DNA of 33,657 nt from assembly GCA_036657555.1 (NCBI GenBank), contig JAVXGE010000001.1:1-33657 (forward strand). Direction: 5' to 3'. Position numbers and translations under genes: made by a program. The notes below the pieces were generated by a model, which saw nothing but the letters and a program-made list of their open reading frames with translations, made no database searches and was not told where the DNA came from. This DNA comes from Bacilli bacterium (lineage in GTDB: Bacteria; Bacillota_I; Bacilli_A; RF39; UBA660). Below, one piece after another: positions 25,583 to 33,657 of the stretch (the stretch's first letter is position 1; each line of letters begins with the position of its first letter).

Positions 25583-25598
25583 GAAAAGGAGGATTTAT

Positions 25599-25994
25599 AT
25601 GGTAACAGATCCAATTGCCGATATGCTAACGCGTATTAGAAATGCTAATGCTATGCGGTATAAAGAAGTCGAAATACCATCTTCAAAATTAAAGATTGAA
25701 ATTGCTAGAATCTTAAAAGATGAAGGTTTTATTCACGATTATAAAATTAAAAAGAATAACGTTCAAGATGTTATTGTCTTAAATTTAAAATATGGCGAAA
25801 ACAAAGAAAGAGTTATTACAGGATTAAAAAGAATATCAAAACCAGGCTTAAGAGTTTATGCTAAAGAAGCAGAAGTTCCAAGCGTTTTAAACGGTTTAGG
25901 TATTGCTATTATGTCAACTTCCAAAGGAATTATGACAGGAAAAGAAGCTAAAGCTTCATCACTTGGTGGCGAAGTACTAGCTTATATTTGGTAG
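25599..25994 (+). CDS. rpsH: 30S ribosomal protein S8
   Basis: [13 protein letters not shown] signature. Confidence 0.97.
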   Translation: MVTDPIADMLTRIRNANAMRYKEVEIPSSKLKIEIARILKDEGFIHDYKIKKNNVQDVIVLNLKYGENKERVITGLKRISKPGLRVYAKEAEVPSVLNGLGIAIMSTSKGIMTGKEAKASSLGGEVLAYIW

Positions 25995-26007
25995 AAAGGG
26001 TGAAAAT

Positions 26008-26538
26008 ATGAGTCGTATTGGCAACAGAATTTTAGAACTTCCTGAAAAAGTAAGTTTAAATATTGATGGCAATGTTATTTCAGTTAAAGGCCCTAAAGGT
26101 GAACTTTCTACTGAAATTAATGAAAACATAACCGTTTCATTAAATGATAACAAAGTGGAAGTAACTAGAAGAAATGATAATTACAAAAATTTCCACGGAA
26201 CTGCCAATGCTAACATTCTTAATATGATTGTTGGTGTAACAGATGGTTATGAAAAAAAATTAGAAGCAGTTGGTGTTGGCTATCGTTTTGCTTTAAAAGG
26301 AAACACTTTAGTCGTAACAGCTGGCTACTCACTTCCTGTTGAAGTTATAATTCCTACTGGTATTACTTTGGAATGTCCAAGTAATACAGAATTAACTATT
26401 CGTGGAATTGATAAGCAACAAGTTGGCGAATTTGCAGCAAATGTTCGTAAAATTAGAAAACCAGAACCATATAAAGGTAAAGGTATTCGTTATAATGATG
26501 AACATATTGTTCGTAAAGTTGGTAAAAAGGCTGCTTAA
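26008..26538 (+). CDS. rplF: 50S ribosomal protein L6
   Basis: MSRIGNRILELP...PEPYKGKGIRY signature. Confidence 0.97.
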   Translation: MSRIGNRILELPEKVSLNIDGNVISVKGPKGELSTEINENITVSLNDNKVEVTRRNDNYKNFHGTANANILNMIVGVTDGYEKKLEAVGVGYRFALKGNTLVVTAGYSLPVEVIIPTGITLECPSNTELTIRGIDKQQVGEFAANVRKIRKPEPYKGKGIRYNDEHIVRKVGKKAA

Positions 26539-26562
26539 TAATAAAGTAAAGGAGACGTTATA

Positions 26563-26925
26563 ATGATTAAAAAAGAAGCACGTAATGATGTACGTGTTGC
26601 TAGACATAAACGTGTTAGAAATAAAGTAGTTGGCTCAACCACTACACCACGACTAAACGTATTTAGATCTAACAGCAATATTTTTGCTCAAATTATTGAT
26701 GATACTACTGGTACGACACTAGTTAGTGCTTCATCAATTGAAAAAGAATTAAAATTAACGAATGGTAGTAACGTTTTAGCTGCTACTAAAGTTGGTGAAG
26801 AATTAGCTAAAAGAGCAAAAAAAGCTAAAATTACAAATGTAATCTTTGATAGAGGTGGTTACCTTTATCATGGACGTGTTAAAGCCTTAGCTGAGGCTGC
26901 ACGTGCTAACGGATTAGAATTTTAA
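26563..26925 (+). CDS. rplR: 50S ribosomal protein L18
   Basis: RHKRVRNKV...PRLNVFRSN...[26 protein letters not shown] signature. Confidence 0.97.
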   Translation: MIKKEARNDVRVARHKRVRNKVVGSTTTPRLNVFRSNSNIFAQIIDDTTGTTLVSASSIEKELKLTNGSNVLAATKVGEELAKRAKKAKITNVIFDRGGYLYHGRVKALAEAARANGLEF

Positions 26926-26937
26926 GGAGGGAGTATT

Positions 26938-27441
26938 ATGGAAAGAACAAGAAGAGAACCACGCCCAAAACAATTTGATGAAGAAGTAATCAATATTGGT
27001 CGTGTTACGAAAGTAACTAAAGGTGGTCGTCATTTCCGCTTTTCGGCAACGATGGCAGTCGGAGATCACAAAGGTCGGATTGGAATTGGAACTGGTAAAG
27101 CTAATGAAGTTCCAGATGCTATTAAAAAAGCAGTAGCAGCAGCTACTAAAAATGTTATCAACGTAAGTATCGTTGAAGGAACAATTCCACACGAAGCAAT
27201 TGGTGTAAGAAGTGCTAGTAAAATTCTACTTAAACCTGCTCACAAAGGTACTGGCGTTAAAGCTGGTGGTGCTGTCAGATCAGTTGTTGAATTAGCTGGT
27301 ATTAGCGATATTTTATCAAAATCACTTGGCTCAAGCACTAAAATAAACATGGCATATGCTACTTTAGAAGCTTTGAAATCACAAAGAACAATTGAAGAAG
27401 TTGCTAAACTTCGTGGTAAAAAAGTGGAGGAGATAAGATAA
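26938..27441 (+). CDS. rpsE: 30S ribosomal protein S5
   Basis: [21 protein letters not shown] signature. The stop TAA overlaps the ATG of rplO (TAATG), leaving no room for rpmD. Confidence 0.97.
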   Translation: MERTRREPRPKQFDEEVINIGRVTKVTKGGRHFRFSATMAVGDHKGRIGIGTGKANEVPDAIKKAVAAATKNVINVSIVEGTIPHEAIGVRSASKILLKPAHKGTGVKAGGAVRSVVELAGISDILSKSLGSSTKINMAYATLEALKSQRTIEEVAKLRGKKVEEIR

Positions 27442-27884
27442 TGAAACTACATACAATGACACCAAATATTGGTGCAACTCAAATTAGAAAACGCGTTGGA
27501 CGCGGCGTTGGTAGTGGACTTGGAAAAACAAGTGGTAAAGGACAAAAAGGACAAAATTCTCGTTCAGGCGGTGGCGTAAGACCAGGCTTTGAAGGCGGAC
27601 AAATCCCACTTTTCCGTAGATTACCAAAAAGAGGATTTTCAAATGCTCGTTTCAAAATTAGATATGCAACACTTAACTTAAGTGATTTAAATAATTTTGA
27701 AGATGGTTCAGTTGTAACACCTGAATTATTAAAAGAAATGGGCTTAATAAAAAATCAATTAGACGGCATCAAAGTTTTAGGAAATGGTACTTTAGAAAAA
27801 AAATTAACAGTGAAAGCTAGTAAATTTTCCGATAAAGCCCAAAGAGAAATAGAGAGCCTTGGTGGAAAAATAGAGGTGATGTAA
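27441..27884 (+). CDS. rplO: 50S ribosomal protein L15
   Basis: [19 protein letters not shown]...[18 protein letters not shown] signature. Confidence 0.97.
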   Translation: MKLHTMTPNIGATQIRKRVGRGVGSGLGKTSGKGQKGQNSRSGGGVRPGFEGGQIPLFRRLPKRGFSNARFKIRYATLNLSDLNNFEDGSVVTPELLKEMGLIKNQLDGIKVLGNGTLEKKLTVKASKFSDKAQREIESLGGKIEVM

Positions 27885-27885
27885 G

Positions 27886-29151
27886 ATGTTTGCAACAATT
27901 AAGCAAATGTTTAGTTCTAAAAATAAAGATATTCGTAAAAGGATTTTATTTACTTTAGGATGTTTATTCATCTTTATTCTTGGTAAAGCTATTATTGTTC
28001 CAGGCATTAACAAAGAAGCATTAGGTACTAGTACCTTAGGTTTCCTTGATTTAATTAATGTTATGGGTGGTGGAGCTTTAAGCCAATTCTCAATTTTTGC
28101 CCTTGGCGTTATGCCTTATATTACCGCTTCAATTATTATTCAGATTTTAGCTATGGATATTGTTCCATATTTATCTGAATTACAAAAACAAGGTGGAACA
28201 GGTCGTAATCAATTAAATAAAATTACCAGAATTACCGGAATTGCTTTAGCCTTTGTACAAGGTTATGTTTATTCATTTGCCTTTTTAGGTAAAGGTGGTT
28301 CGATTGTTAATTTAGATTATGTTTTATTTGCTCTAATCCTAACAGCAGGTACTTGTTTGTTATTATGGATTGGTGATCAAATCACAGCTAAAGGAATAGG
28401 AAATGGTATTTCATTAATTATCATGGCCGGTATTATATCAAGCTTACCTACTATGTTTGCAACAGCATTTACACAATTAACAGCTGGAGCTAGCATTGGT
28501 GGTATCTTAATGTTTGTTTTATATGTAATTGTTTATATTTTAATTATTCTTGGTGTTATTTATGTTGAAGGAGCTGAACGAAGAATTAGCGTACAATATG
28601 CTAATAAATCAAATAACAGTTTCGGAGGAAAACAAAATTATATTCCTTTTAAACTAAATTCAGCTGGGGTTATTCCCGTAATATTTGCTTCAACTTTAAT
28701 TTCAATACCATCATTTATTGGTAGTATTGTTAACAAACCAGGTTTTACAGACTTTATTAATAAGTACCTTGCAATGACTTCACCAACAGGATTTATATTA
28801 TATGTTATTTTAATCTTTGTTTTTGCTTATTTTTATACATTTATGCAAATTAAACCAAAAGAAATGAGCGATAATTTAAATCAAAATGGTGGCTTTATTC
28901 CTGGCGTTAGACCAGGTGAAGATACTAATAATTATATTAGTCATGTTTTAAGTAGAATAACAATTGTTGGAGCTTTCTTTTTAGTTATCTTAGCCGGATT
29001 ACCAGTCGTATTTGGACTTGTATCAGGTTTACCAGGTAATGTAACAATCGGAGGTACAGGATTATTAATTGTCGTAGGTGTCGCATTAGAAACTTATAAA
29101 CAATTGGAAAGTCAATTACAAAGTCGAAGTTATCAAAAAGGAAGAAGATAA
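27886..29151 (+). CDS. secY: Preprotein translocase subunit SecY
   Basis: 421 aa, 10 TM segments, GVMPYITASIIIQIL signature; operon position. Confidence 0.97.
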   Translation: MFATIKQMFSSKNKDIRKRILFTLGCLFIFILGKAIIVPGINKEALGTSTLGFLDLINVMGGGALSQFSIFALGVMPYITASIIIQILAMDIVPYLSELQKQGGTGRNQLNKITRITGIALAFVQGYVYSFAFLGKGGSIVNLDYVLFALILTAGTCLLLWIGDQITAKGIGNGISLIIMAGIISSLPTMFATAFTQLTAGASIGGILMFVLYVIVYILIILGVIYVEGAERRISVQYANKSNNSFGGKQNYIPFKLNSAGVIPVIFASTLISIPSFIGSIVNKPGFTDFINKYLAMTSPTGFILYVILIFVFAYFYTFMQIKPKEMSDNLNQNGGFIPGVRPGEDTNNYISHVLSRITIVGAFFLVILAGLPVVFGLVSGLPGNVTIGGTGLLIVVGVALETYKQLESQLQSRSYQKGRR

Positions 29152-29155
29152 TAAA

Positions 29156-29818
29156 ATGCAAAGTATAATTTTAATTGCCCCACCAGCTGCTGGTAAAGGG
29201 ACACAATCAAAATTACTTACTGATAAATACAATATACCCCATATATCAACGGGGGACTTACTTAGAAAAGCATCTAATGATAATACTAAGATTGGTTTAG
29301 AAATTAAAGATATAATGAATAAAGGTTTATTAGTAACCGATGAAATTGTATTAACTTTACTTAAAGACCGCCTTAAACAAGATGATTGTTCTAAAGGTTA
29401 TATCTTAGATGGTTTTCCTAGAAATTTAGACCAAGCTACCGCTTATTTAAATATTTTAGCAGAAATAGGTAAACCCCTTGGTGATGTTATTTATTTAGAT
29501 ATAGATTATGAAACAGCTCGCAAAAGAATTGTTGGTCGCTTAAGTTGCACTAAGTGTGGAGCAATTTACAACGATCAATTTGAAGACAGTAAACCATTAC
29601 ATTTTGGAACTTGTGACAAATGTGGTAGCTCTTTAATGAAAAGAGCCGATGATAATGATGAAACATTTAAAGAAAGATTTAATATTTATTTAAAACAAAC
29701 TTATCCATTATTAGACTTTTTTACTAAAAAAGGTTGTTTATATCGGATTGGCAGCGGAATAAATAAAGAAAGAACTTTTAAAGAAATTGAAAAGATAATT
29801 AATCGAGGTAATTTATGA
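29156..29818 (+). CDS. adk: Adenylate kinase (zinc-lid type)
   Basis: P-loop APPAAGKGTQ; lid CTKCG...CDKCG (CxxC..CxxC). Confidence 0.95.
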   Translation: MQSIILIAPPAAGKGTQSKLLTDKYNIPHISTGDLLRKASNDNTKIGLEIKDIMNKGLLVTDEIVLTLLKDRLKQDDCSKGYILDGFPRNLDQATAYLNILAEIGKPLGDVIYLDIDYETARKRIVGRLSCTKCGAIYNDQFEDSKPLHFGTCDKCGSSLMKRADDNDETFKERFNIYLKQTYPLLDFFTKKGCLYRIGSGINKERTFKEIEKIINRGNL

Positions 29819-30555
29819 TAAAAGATGAATTAGAAATATCTTTATTAAGAATAGCTGGTTTGATTGTCGGAGATACTCATAATTATTTAAAACCATATAT
29901 TAAACCAGGTATTACAACTAAAGAACTTGATAAATTAGCTTATGATTATATTATAAGTAGAAATGCAACCCCATCTTTTTTAAACTACGAAGGATTTCCT
30001 GCTACATTATGTACATCAATAAATGAACAAGTTGTGCATGGTATTCCAAGTAATCGTAAACTTAAAAATGGTGATATTATATCTATTGATATTGGGGCTT
30101 GTTATAAAGGCTACCATGGCGATAGTGCATGGACTTATGAGGTTGGAACGGTTAGTGATGAAAAAAAATATTTAATGGAACATACTGAAAAATCTTTATT
30201 TAAAGGTTTAGAGCAAGTAAAAGCTGGTAACCGTATCGGTGATATTGGTAATGCCATTGCTACTTATGCTCATCAATTTCATTTGGGTGTAGTTAAGGAA
30301 TTAGTTGGTCATGGTGTTGGGTTATGTTTACATGAAAAACCAGATGTTCCTAATTATGGTAATCCTAATACAGGATTATTATTAAAGGAAGGTATGGTTA
30401 TAGCTGTTGAACCAATGCTTAATGCTGGAATGGCTAAAATCTATATTTTAGATGATGATTGGACAATTATAACAGCCGATAATAAACCATCAGCTCATTA
30501 TGAACATACTGTTCTAGTAACAAAAGATGGTTATGAAATATTGACAAAGAGGTGA
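29815..30555 (+). CDS. map: Type I methionine aminopeptidase
   Basis: Metal ligand context ISIDIGACYKGYHGDSAWTY, VGHGVG, VIAVEP and HYEHTV. ATGA overlap with adk. Confidence 0.95.
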   Translation: MIKDELEISLLRIAGLIVGDTHNYLKPYIKPGITTKELDKLAYDYIISRNATPSFLNYEGFPATLCTSINEQVVHGIPSNRKLKNGDIISIDIGACYKGYHGDSAWTYEVGTVSDEKKYLMEHTEKSLFKGLEQVKAGNRIGDIGNAIATYAHQFHLGVVKELVGHGVGLCLHEKPDVPNYGNPNTGLLLKEGMVIAVEPMLNAGMAKIYILDDDWTIITADNKPSAHYEHTVLVTKDGYEILTKR

Positions 30556-30560
30556 TATAA

Positions 30561-30776
30561 ATGGCTAATAATGACGTCATAGAAGTTGAAGGTAAAGTAA
30601 CAGATATTTTACCAGGCAACGAATATAAAATTGAACTAGAAAATAAACATACTGTTGTAGCTCGCGTTTCTGGTAAAATCCGAATGAATAAGATTCGCAT
30701 CTTACCAGGTGATACAGTAGTTATAGAACTTTCACCATATGATTTAACACGCGGGCGGATAACCTATCGGAGATAG
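30561..30776 (+). CDS. infA: Translation initiation factor IF-1
   Basis: [25 protein letters not shown]...[33 protein letters not shown] signature. Confidence 0.97.
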   Translation: MANNDVIEVEGKVTDILPGNEYKIELENKHTVVARVSGKIRMNKIRILPGDTVVIELSPYDLTRGRITYRR

Positions 30777-30790
30777 TAGGAGGAATATTT

Positions 30791-30904
30791 ATGAAAATTA
30801 AACCATCAGTCAAAAAAATGTGTGATAAATGCAAAATAATTAGACGTAAGGGCAGAGTATATGTAATATGTTCTAACCCTAAACATAAGCAAAGACAAGG
30901 TTAA
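30791..30904 (+). CDS. rpmJ: 50S ribosomal protein L36 (zinc-binding form)
   Basis: Not in the ORF track because it is too short. I translated it manually as [45 protein letters not shown]; canonical infA-rpmJ-rpsM position. Confidence 0.93.
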   Translation: MKIKPSVKKMCDKCKIIRRKGRVYVICSNPKHKQRQG

Positions 30905-30918
30905 TAGGAGGTGAATTA

Positions 30919-31284
30919 ATGGCACGTATTAAAGGGGTAGATATACCCGATAATAAAAGAATTGAAATTGCATTAACTTATATTTATGGTGTTGGTAGAA
31001 ATTTATCACTACAAGTTTTAAATGCTACTAATATTGATATTAATAAAAAAGCTGGCGATTTATCAAATGATGAATTAGCAGCTATCCGTGATGAATTAAA
31101 TAATCATATGACTGAAGGGGATCTTCGTCGTGAAGTTAATATGAATATTAAAACTAAAATGGAAATTAATTGTTATCAAGGTATTCGTCATAGAAAAGGA
31201 TTACCAGTAAGAGGACAAAGAACTAGTCGTAATGCTCGTACCCGTAAAGGTAAGGGTAAAACAGTAGCTAATAAGAAAAAGTAA
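30919..31284 (+). CDS. rpsM: 30S ribosomal protein S13
   Basis: [26 protein letters not shown] signature. Confidence 0.97.
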   Translation: MARIKGVDIPDNKRIEIALTYIYGVGRNLSLQVLNATNIDINKKAGDLSNDELAAIRDELNNHMTEGDLRREVNMNIKTKMEINCYQGIRHRKGLPVRGQRTSRNARTRKGKGKTVANKKK

Positions 31285-31304
31285 ATTTAAAAGGAGGTTA
31301 ATTT

Positions 31305-31688
31305 ATGGCTTACAAAGCAAGAAAGAGAAAAGTTAAAAAGAATATTCCAGAAGGAAAAGCATTTATTCATTCAACTTTTAATAATACAATTGTAACACTT
31401 TGTGATAATGATGGTAATGCTATTAGTTGGGCTTCGGCTGGAACTTTAGGTTTTAAAGGAAGTAAAAAATCAACACCATTTGCAGCTGGTATGTCGGCAG
31501 AAGCTGCTGGACGTGCTGCTTGTGATATGGGCATGAAAAAAGTTGAAGTATTCGTTAAAGGACTAGGTTCTGGGAGAGAAACAGCCATTCGTTCATTACA
31601 AACGGCCGGTTTAGAGATTACAACAATTACCGATATTACACCTATTCCACATAATGGATGCCGTCCACCAAAACGCCCAAGGGGATAA
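31305..31688 (+). CDS. rpsK: 30S ribosomal protein S11
   Basis: [18 protein letters not shown]...[18 protein letters not shown] signature. Confidence 0.97.
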   Translation: MAYKARKRKVKKNIPEGKAFIHSTFNNTIVTLCDNDGNAISWASAGTLGFKGSKKSTPFAAGMSAEAAGRAACDMGMKKVEVFVKGLGSGRETAIRSLQTAGLEITTITDITPIPHNGCRPPKRPRG

Positions 31689-31707
31689 TAAAGGAGGTTT
31701 TTAAACT

Positions 31708-32658
31708 ATGCTAAATTTTGAAAAACCAGCATATAAAATAACAGAATATGTTGAAAATAATAATTATGGTAAATTTGAACTTGAACCACTCGAAAGAGGA
31801 TTTGGAACCACTTTAGGAAATGCTTTAAGACGCGTTATGTTGTCAAGCATGCCAGGTAGTGCTATTGTAGCTGTTAAAATAGATGGCGTCATGCATGAAT
31901 TCCAAACTTTAGATGGTGTCGTTGAAGATGTAACAACAATTGTTTTAAATTTAAAAAGCGTTGTTGTTAAAAATTATACAGAAGAAGATAAATTGATGCA
32001 TTTATTTTGTGATAAAGAAGGCGTCATTACGGCTGGTGATATTGATTGTGATGCTGATGTTGAAATAATTAATAAAGATCAAGTAATTGCAACCTTAGCC
32101 AAAGGTGGAAAACTTGACATGGAAATGATCGTTTCTAATGGTCGCGGATATGTTCCTGCCACTGAAAATAAAAAACATGTTGAAAATAACAAAATTGGTT
32201 TTATTCCAATTGATGCATTATATTCACCAGTTGATAGAATCAGTTATGAAGTTGAAAATGCTCGTGTTGGTCAAGATGCTAATTACGATAAATTAATTTT
32301 AAATGTTTATACAAATGGTTCATTAAGACCAGAAGAAGCAATTGCTTTAGGTTCTCGTATTTTAATTGAACATTTTAATATTTTAATTAATTTAAGTGAT
32401 ATTTCTGATATGACTGGTATCATGACAGCTAAACAAGAAGACAGTAAATTAAAAAAATTAGAAACAACAATTGAGGATTTAGATTTCTCAGTAAGAGCTT
32501 ATAATTGTTTAAAAAGAGCTGATGTCAATACTTTAGGTGATTTAACGGATAAAACCGAACTAGAAATGATGAAAATTCGTAATTTAGGTAAAAAATCATT
32601 AAAAGAAGTTCTTGACAAGATTAAAGAAATGGGACTTCGATTCCATGATGAAGACTAG
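31708..32658 (+). CDS. rpoA: DNA-directed RNA polymerase subunit alpha
   Basis: [28 protein letters not shown]-terminal domain and C-terminal domain [22 protein letters not shown]. Confidence 0.97.
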   Translation: MLNFEKPAYKITEYVENNNYGKFELEPLERGFGTTLGNALRRVMLSSMPGSAIVAVKIDGVMHEFQTLDGVVEDVTTIVLNLKSVVVKNYTEEDKLMHLFCDKEGVITAGDIDCDADVEIINKDQVIATLAKGGKLDMEMIVSNGRGYVPATENKKHVENNKIGFIPIDALYSPVDRISYEVENARVGQDANYDKLILNVYTNGSLRPEEAIALGSRILIEHFNILINLSDISDMTGIMTAKQEDSKLKKLETTIEDLDFSVRAYNCLKRADVNTLGDLTDKTELEMMKIRNLGKKSLKEVLDKIKEMGLRFHDED

Positions 32659-32669
32659 GAGGTAGTTTA

Positions 32670-33020
32670 ATGTATAGAAAATTAGGACGCGATAATAAAC
32701 ATCGTAGAAGTATGTTAGCTAATTTAACTAAAGATATGATTATGAATGAAAAAATTCAAACAACAGAAACAAGAGCTAAAGAAACTCGTAAATTTGTTGA
32801 TAAAATGATTTCATACGGTAAAGATGGTTCTTTAGTTGCTAGAAGAAAAGCTTTAGCATTTTTAGAAAATGATAGTGTTGCTGTTAAAAAAGTTTTTGAT
32901 GATCTTGCGGTTCGTTTTGCAAAACGAGATGGTGGATATACAAGAATTCTTAAATTAACAGAACGTCGTGGTGATGATGCTTTAATGGTTATTTTAGAAT
33001 TAGTGGAGAAAGATGCATAG
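32670..33020 (+). CDS. rplQ: 50S ribosomal protein L17
   Basis: [19 protein letters not shown]...GGYTRILKL signature; last gene of the alpha operon. Confidence 0.97.
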   Translation: MYRKLGRDNKHRRSMLANLTKDMIMNEKIQTTETRAKETRKFVDKMISYGKDGSLVARRKALAFLENDSVAVKKVFDDLAVRFAKRDGGYTRILKLTERRGDDALMVILELVEKDA

Positions 33021-33036
33021 TTGTATCTTTTTTTTT
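33010..33036 (+). terminator. Intrinsic terminator of the S10-spc-alpha super-operon
   Basis: 8-bp stem AAGATGCA (33010-33017) / TGTATCTT (33022-33029) with one G-U pair. The loop TAGT contains the rplQ stop, and a T-run extends to 33036. Confidence 0.6.
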
Positions 33037-33178
33037 GACTATAATATGGTGTGTACTTTTCTTTGATTTTCAAAGAACATAAAGCTAACCATGTCAAAAT
33101 GAATTTTACCGTAGTTTTTAGTATATAAGCTTAAACTAACCTTTAATAATAAAAAAACCTTTATCTACTAAAAGTAGC

Positions 33179-33207
33179 TTGTTAAAAATAATAATAAGGG
33201 GTACAAT
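33179..33207 (+). promoter_or_regulatory. Candidate promoter of the XRE-family gene
   Basis: -35 TTGTTA (33179-33184), 17-nt spacer, -10 TACAAT (33202-33207). Confidence 0.35.
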
Positions 33208-33230
33208 TTAAATAGAAAGTTGGTAAGATT

Positions 33231-33657
33231 ATGGATTATGACAAAATAGGAAAGTTTATTTGTTTAAGAAGAAAAGCATTAGGTTATACGCAAGAAGAAC
33301 TCGGTTTAAAAGTAGGCGTGACAAATAAAGCTGTGTCTAAATGGGAAAACGGGTTAGGTTGTCCGGATATTTCTATTTTAGAACCATTAGCTAAAATATT
33401 AAAAGTTAATGTTATTGAATTATTAAAAGGTCAGGATTATGACGATAATTTATTTTCTAAAGAAGAAACAAGTAATTTTATAATTGAAATGTTTAAAATT
33501 TCTAATTTAAAAACAAAAGAAAAAATAAAAAAAATAGTATCAAGTTTAATTATTAGTTTTGTTACTATTTTAACAGTCTTTTTAATTATTTTAAATGTTT
33601 TAAATATGGTTTATGTAAATAAATATGAAAAATTTGATATTGTTTCAAACAATCAAG
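33231..33657 (+). CDS. XRE-family helix-turn-helix protein with a downstream TM segment (3'-truncated by the window end)
   Basis: Not in the ORF track because no stop codon falls inside the window. I translated it manually as MDYDKIGKFICLRRKALGYTQEELGLKVGVTNKAVSKWENGLGCPDISILEPLAKILKVNVIELLKG, a classic Cro/C1 HTH. A hydrophobic stretch follows: IVSSLIISFVTILTVFLIILNVL. The frame is open to nt 33657. Confidence 0.8.
   Translation, partial: MDYDKIGKFICLRRKALGYTQEELGLKVGVTNKAVSKWENGLGCPDISILEPLAKILKVNVIELLKGQDYDDNLFSKEETSNFIIEMFKISNLKTKEKIKKIVSSLIISFVTILTVFLIILNVLNMVYVNKYEKFDIVSNNQ

Noticed and set aside
33035-33045. TTGACTATAAT immediately after the rplQ terminator looks like fused -35 and -10 boxes
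   Set aside because: The two hexamers overlap by one base instead of being ~17 nt apart, and no suitable -35 lies upstream of the TATAAT. This is probably a chance AT-rich sequence rather than a promoter.
20524-33097. Thirteen short ORFs inside the ribosomal super-operon: 20524..20727, 20811..21029, 21086..21304, 22230..22430, 23502..23687, 24368..24598, 26392..26607, 26914..27192, 27804..28013, 30467..30700, 31367..31588, 32756..33097
   Set aside because: All are antisense to universally conserved ribosomal, secY, map or rplQ genes. They lack ribosome-binding sites and have low-complexity translations, so they are classic shadow ORFs.
1-33657. Possibility that this is a Mollicutes genome using genetic code 4 (TGA = Trp)
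   Set aside because: All conserved genes are open without in-frame TGA. An RF2 gene is present and uses TGA as its regulatory stop. Cell-envelope genes are also present: FtsEX, DUF368, a lipoprotein and a GtrB/GT-C pair.
1-33657. Search for CRISPR arrays, tRNA/rRNA genes, IS elements, integrases and prophage structural genes
   Set aside because: I could see no regularly spaced direct repeats, no cloverleaf-like GC-rich ~75-nt segments in any intergenic region, and no transposase- or integrase-like ORF. Intergenic regions are short and are accounted for by promoters, leaders and terminators.

Overview
AT-rich chromosomal window that looks like a low-GC Bacillota anaerobe; this assignment is inferred from gene order and content. 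It uses the standard bacterial code. TGA is a stop: an RF2 gene is present and carries the classic CTT-TGA +1 frameshift. About 85% of the window is housekeeping. It holds prfB-yitT-ftsE-ftsX, recG, ychF, rpsF-ssb-rpsR and a long U32-family radical hydroxylase-like gene. A complete, uninterrupted S10-spc-alpha ribosomal super-operon runs from rpsJ to rplQ (19064..33020) and includes secY, adk, map, infA, rpmJ and rpoA. Envelope genes include a DUF368 (PopT-type) polyprenyl-phosphate transporter candidate, a GtrB/CsbB-like GT2 paired with a large polytopic GT-C-like membrane protein, a DUF4358-like lipoprotein and an Ig-like/SGNH hydrolase. I found no rRNA, tRNA, CRISPR array, transposase or prophage genes. 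The only clearly accessory module is at the left edge (83..1227). It is a Panacea/DUF4065-domain antitoxin-like gene, translationally coupled (3-nt gap) to a 138-aa ORF I cannot assign to any family, followed by a 28-codon ORF with a strong SD. This is my best candidate for a novel system, a PanA-PanT-type toxin-antitoxin or defence pair with an unclassified partner, but it rests on one recognisable domain plus gene layout. Secondary oddities:
- a histidine-free rubrerythrin-like double-rubredoxin protein with an atypical ferredoxin
- a ~57-aa acidic tail on ribosomal protein L3
- no rpmD (L30) at its canonical position
- a non-canonical SSB C-terminal tip
- structured leaders upstream of rpsJ and rpsF
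- a near-perfect palindrome inside the recG promoter

All family assignments come from motif recognition by eye, with no searches run.
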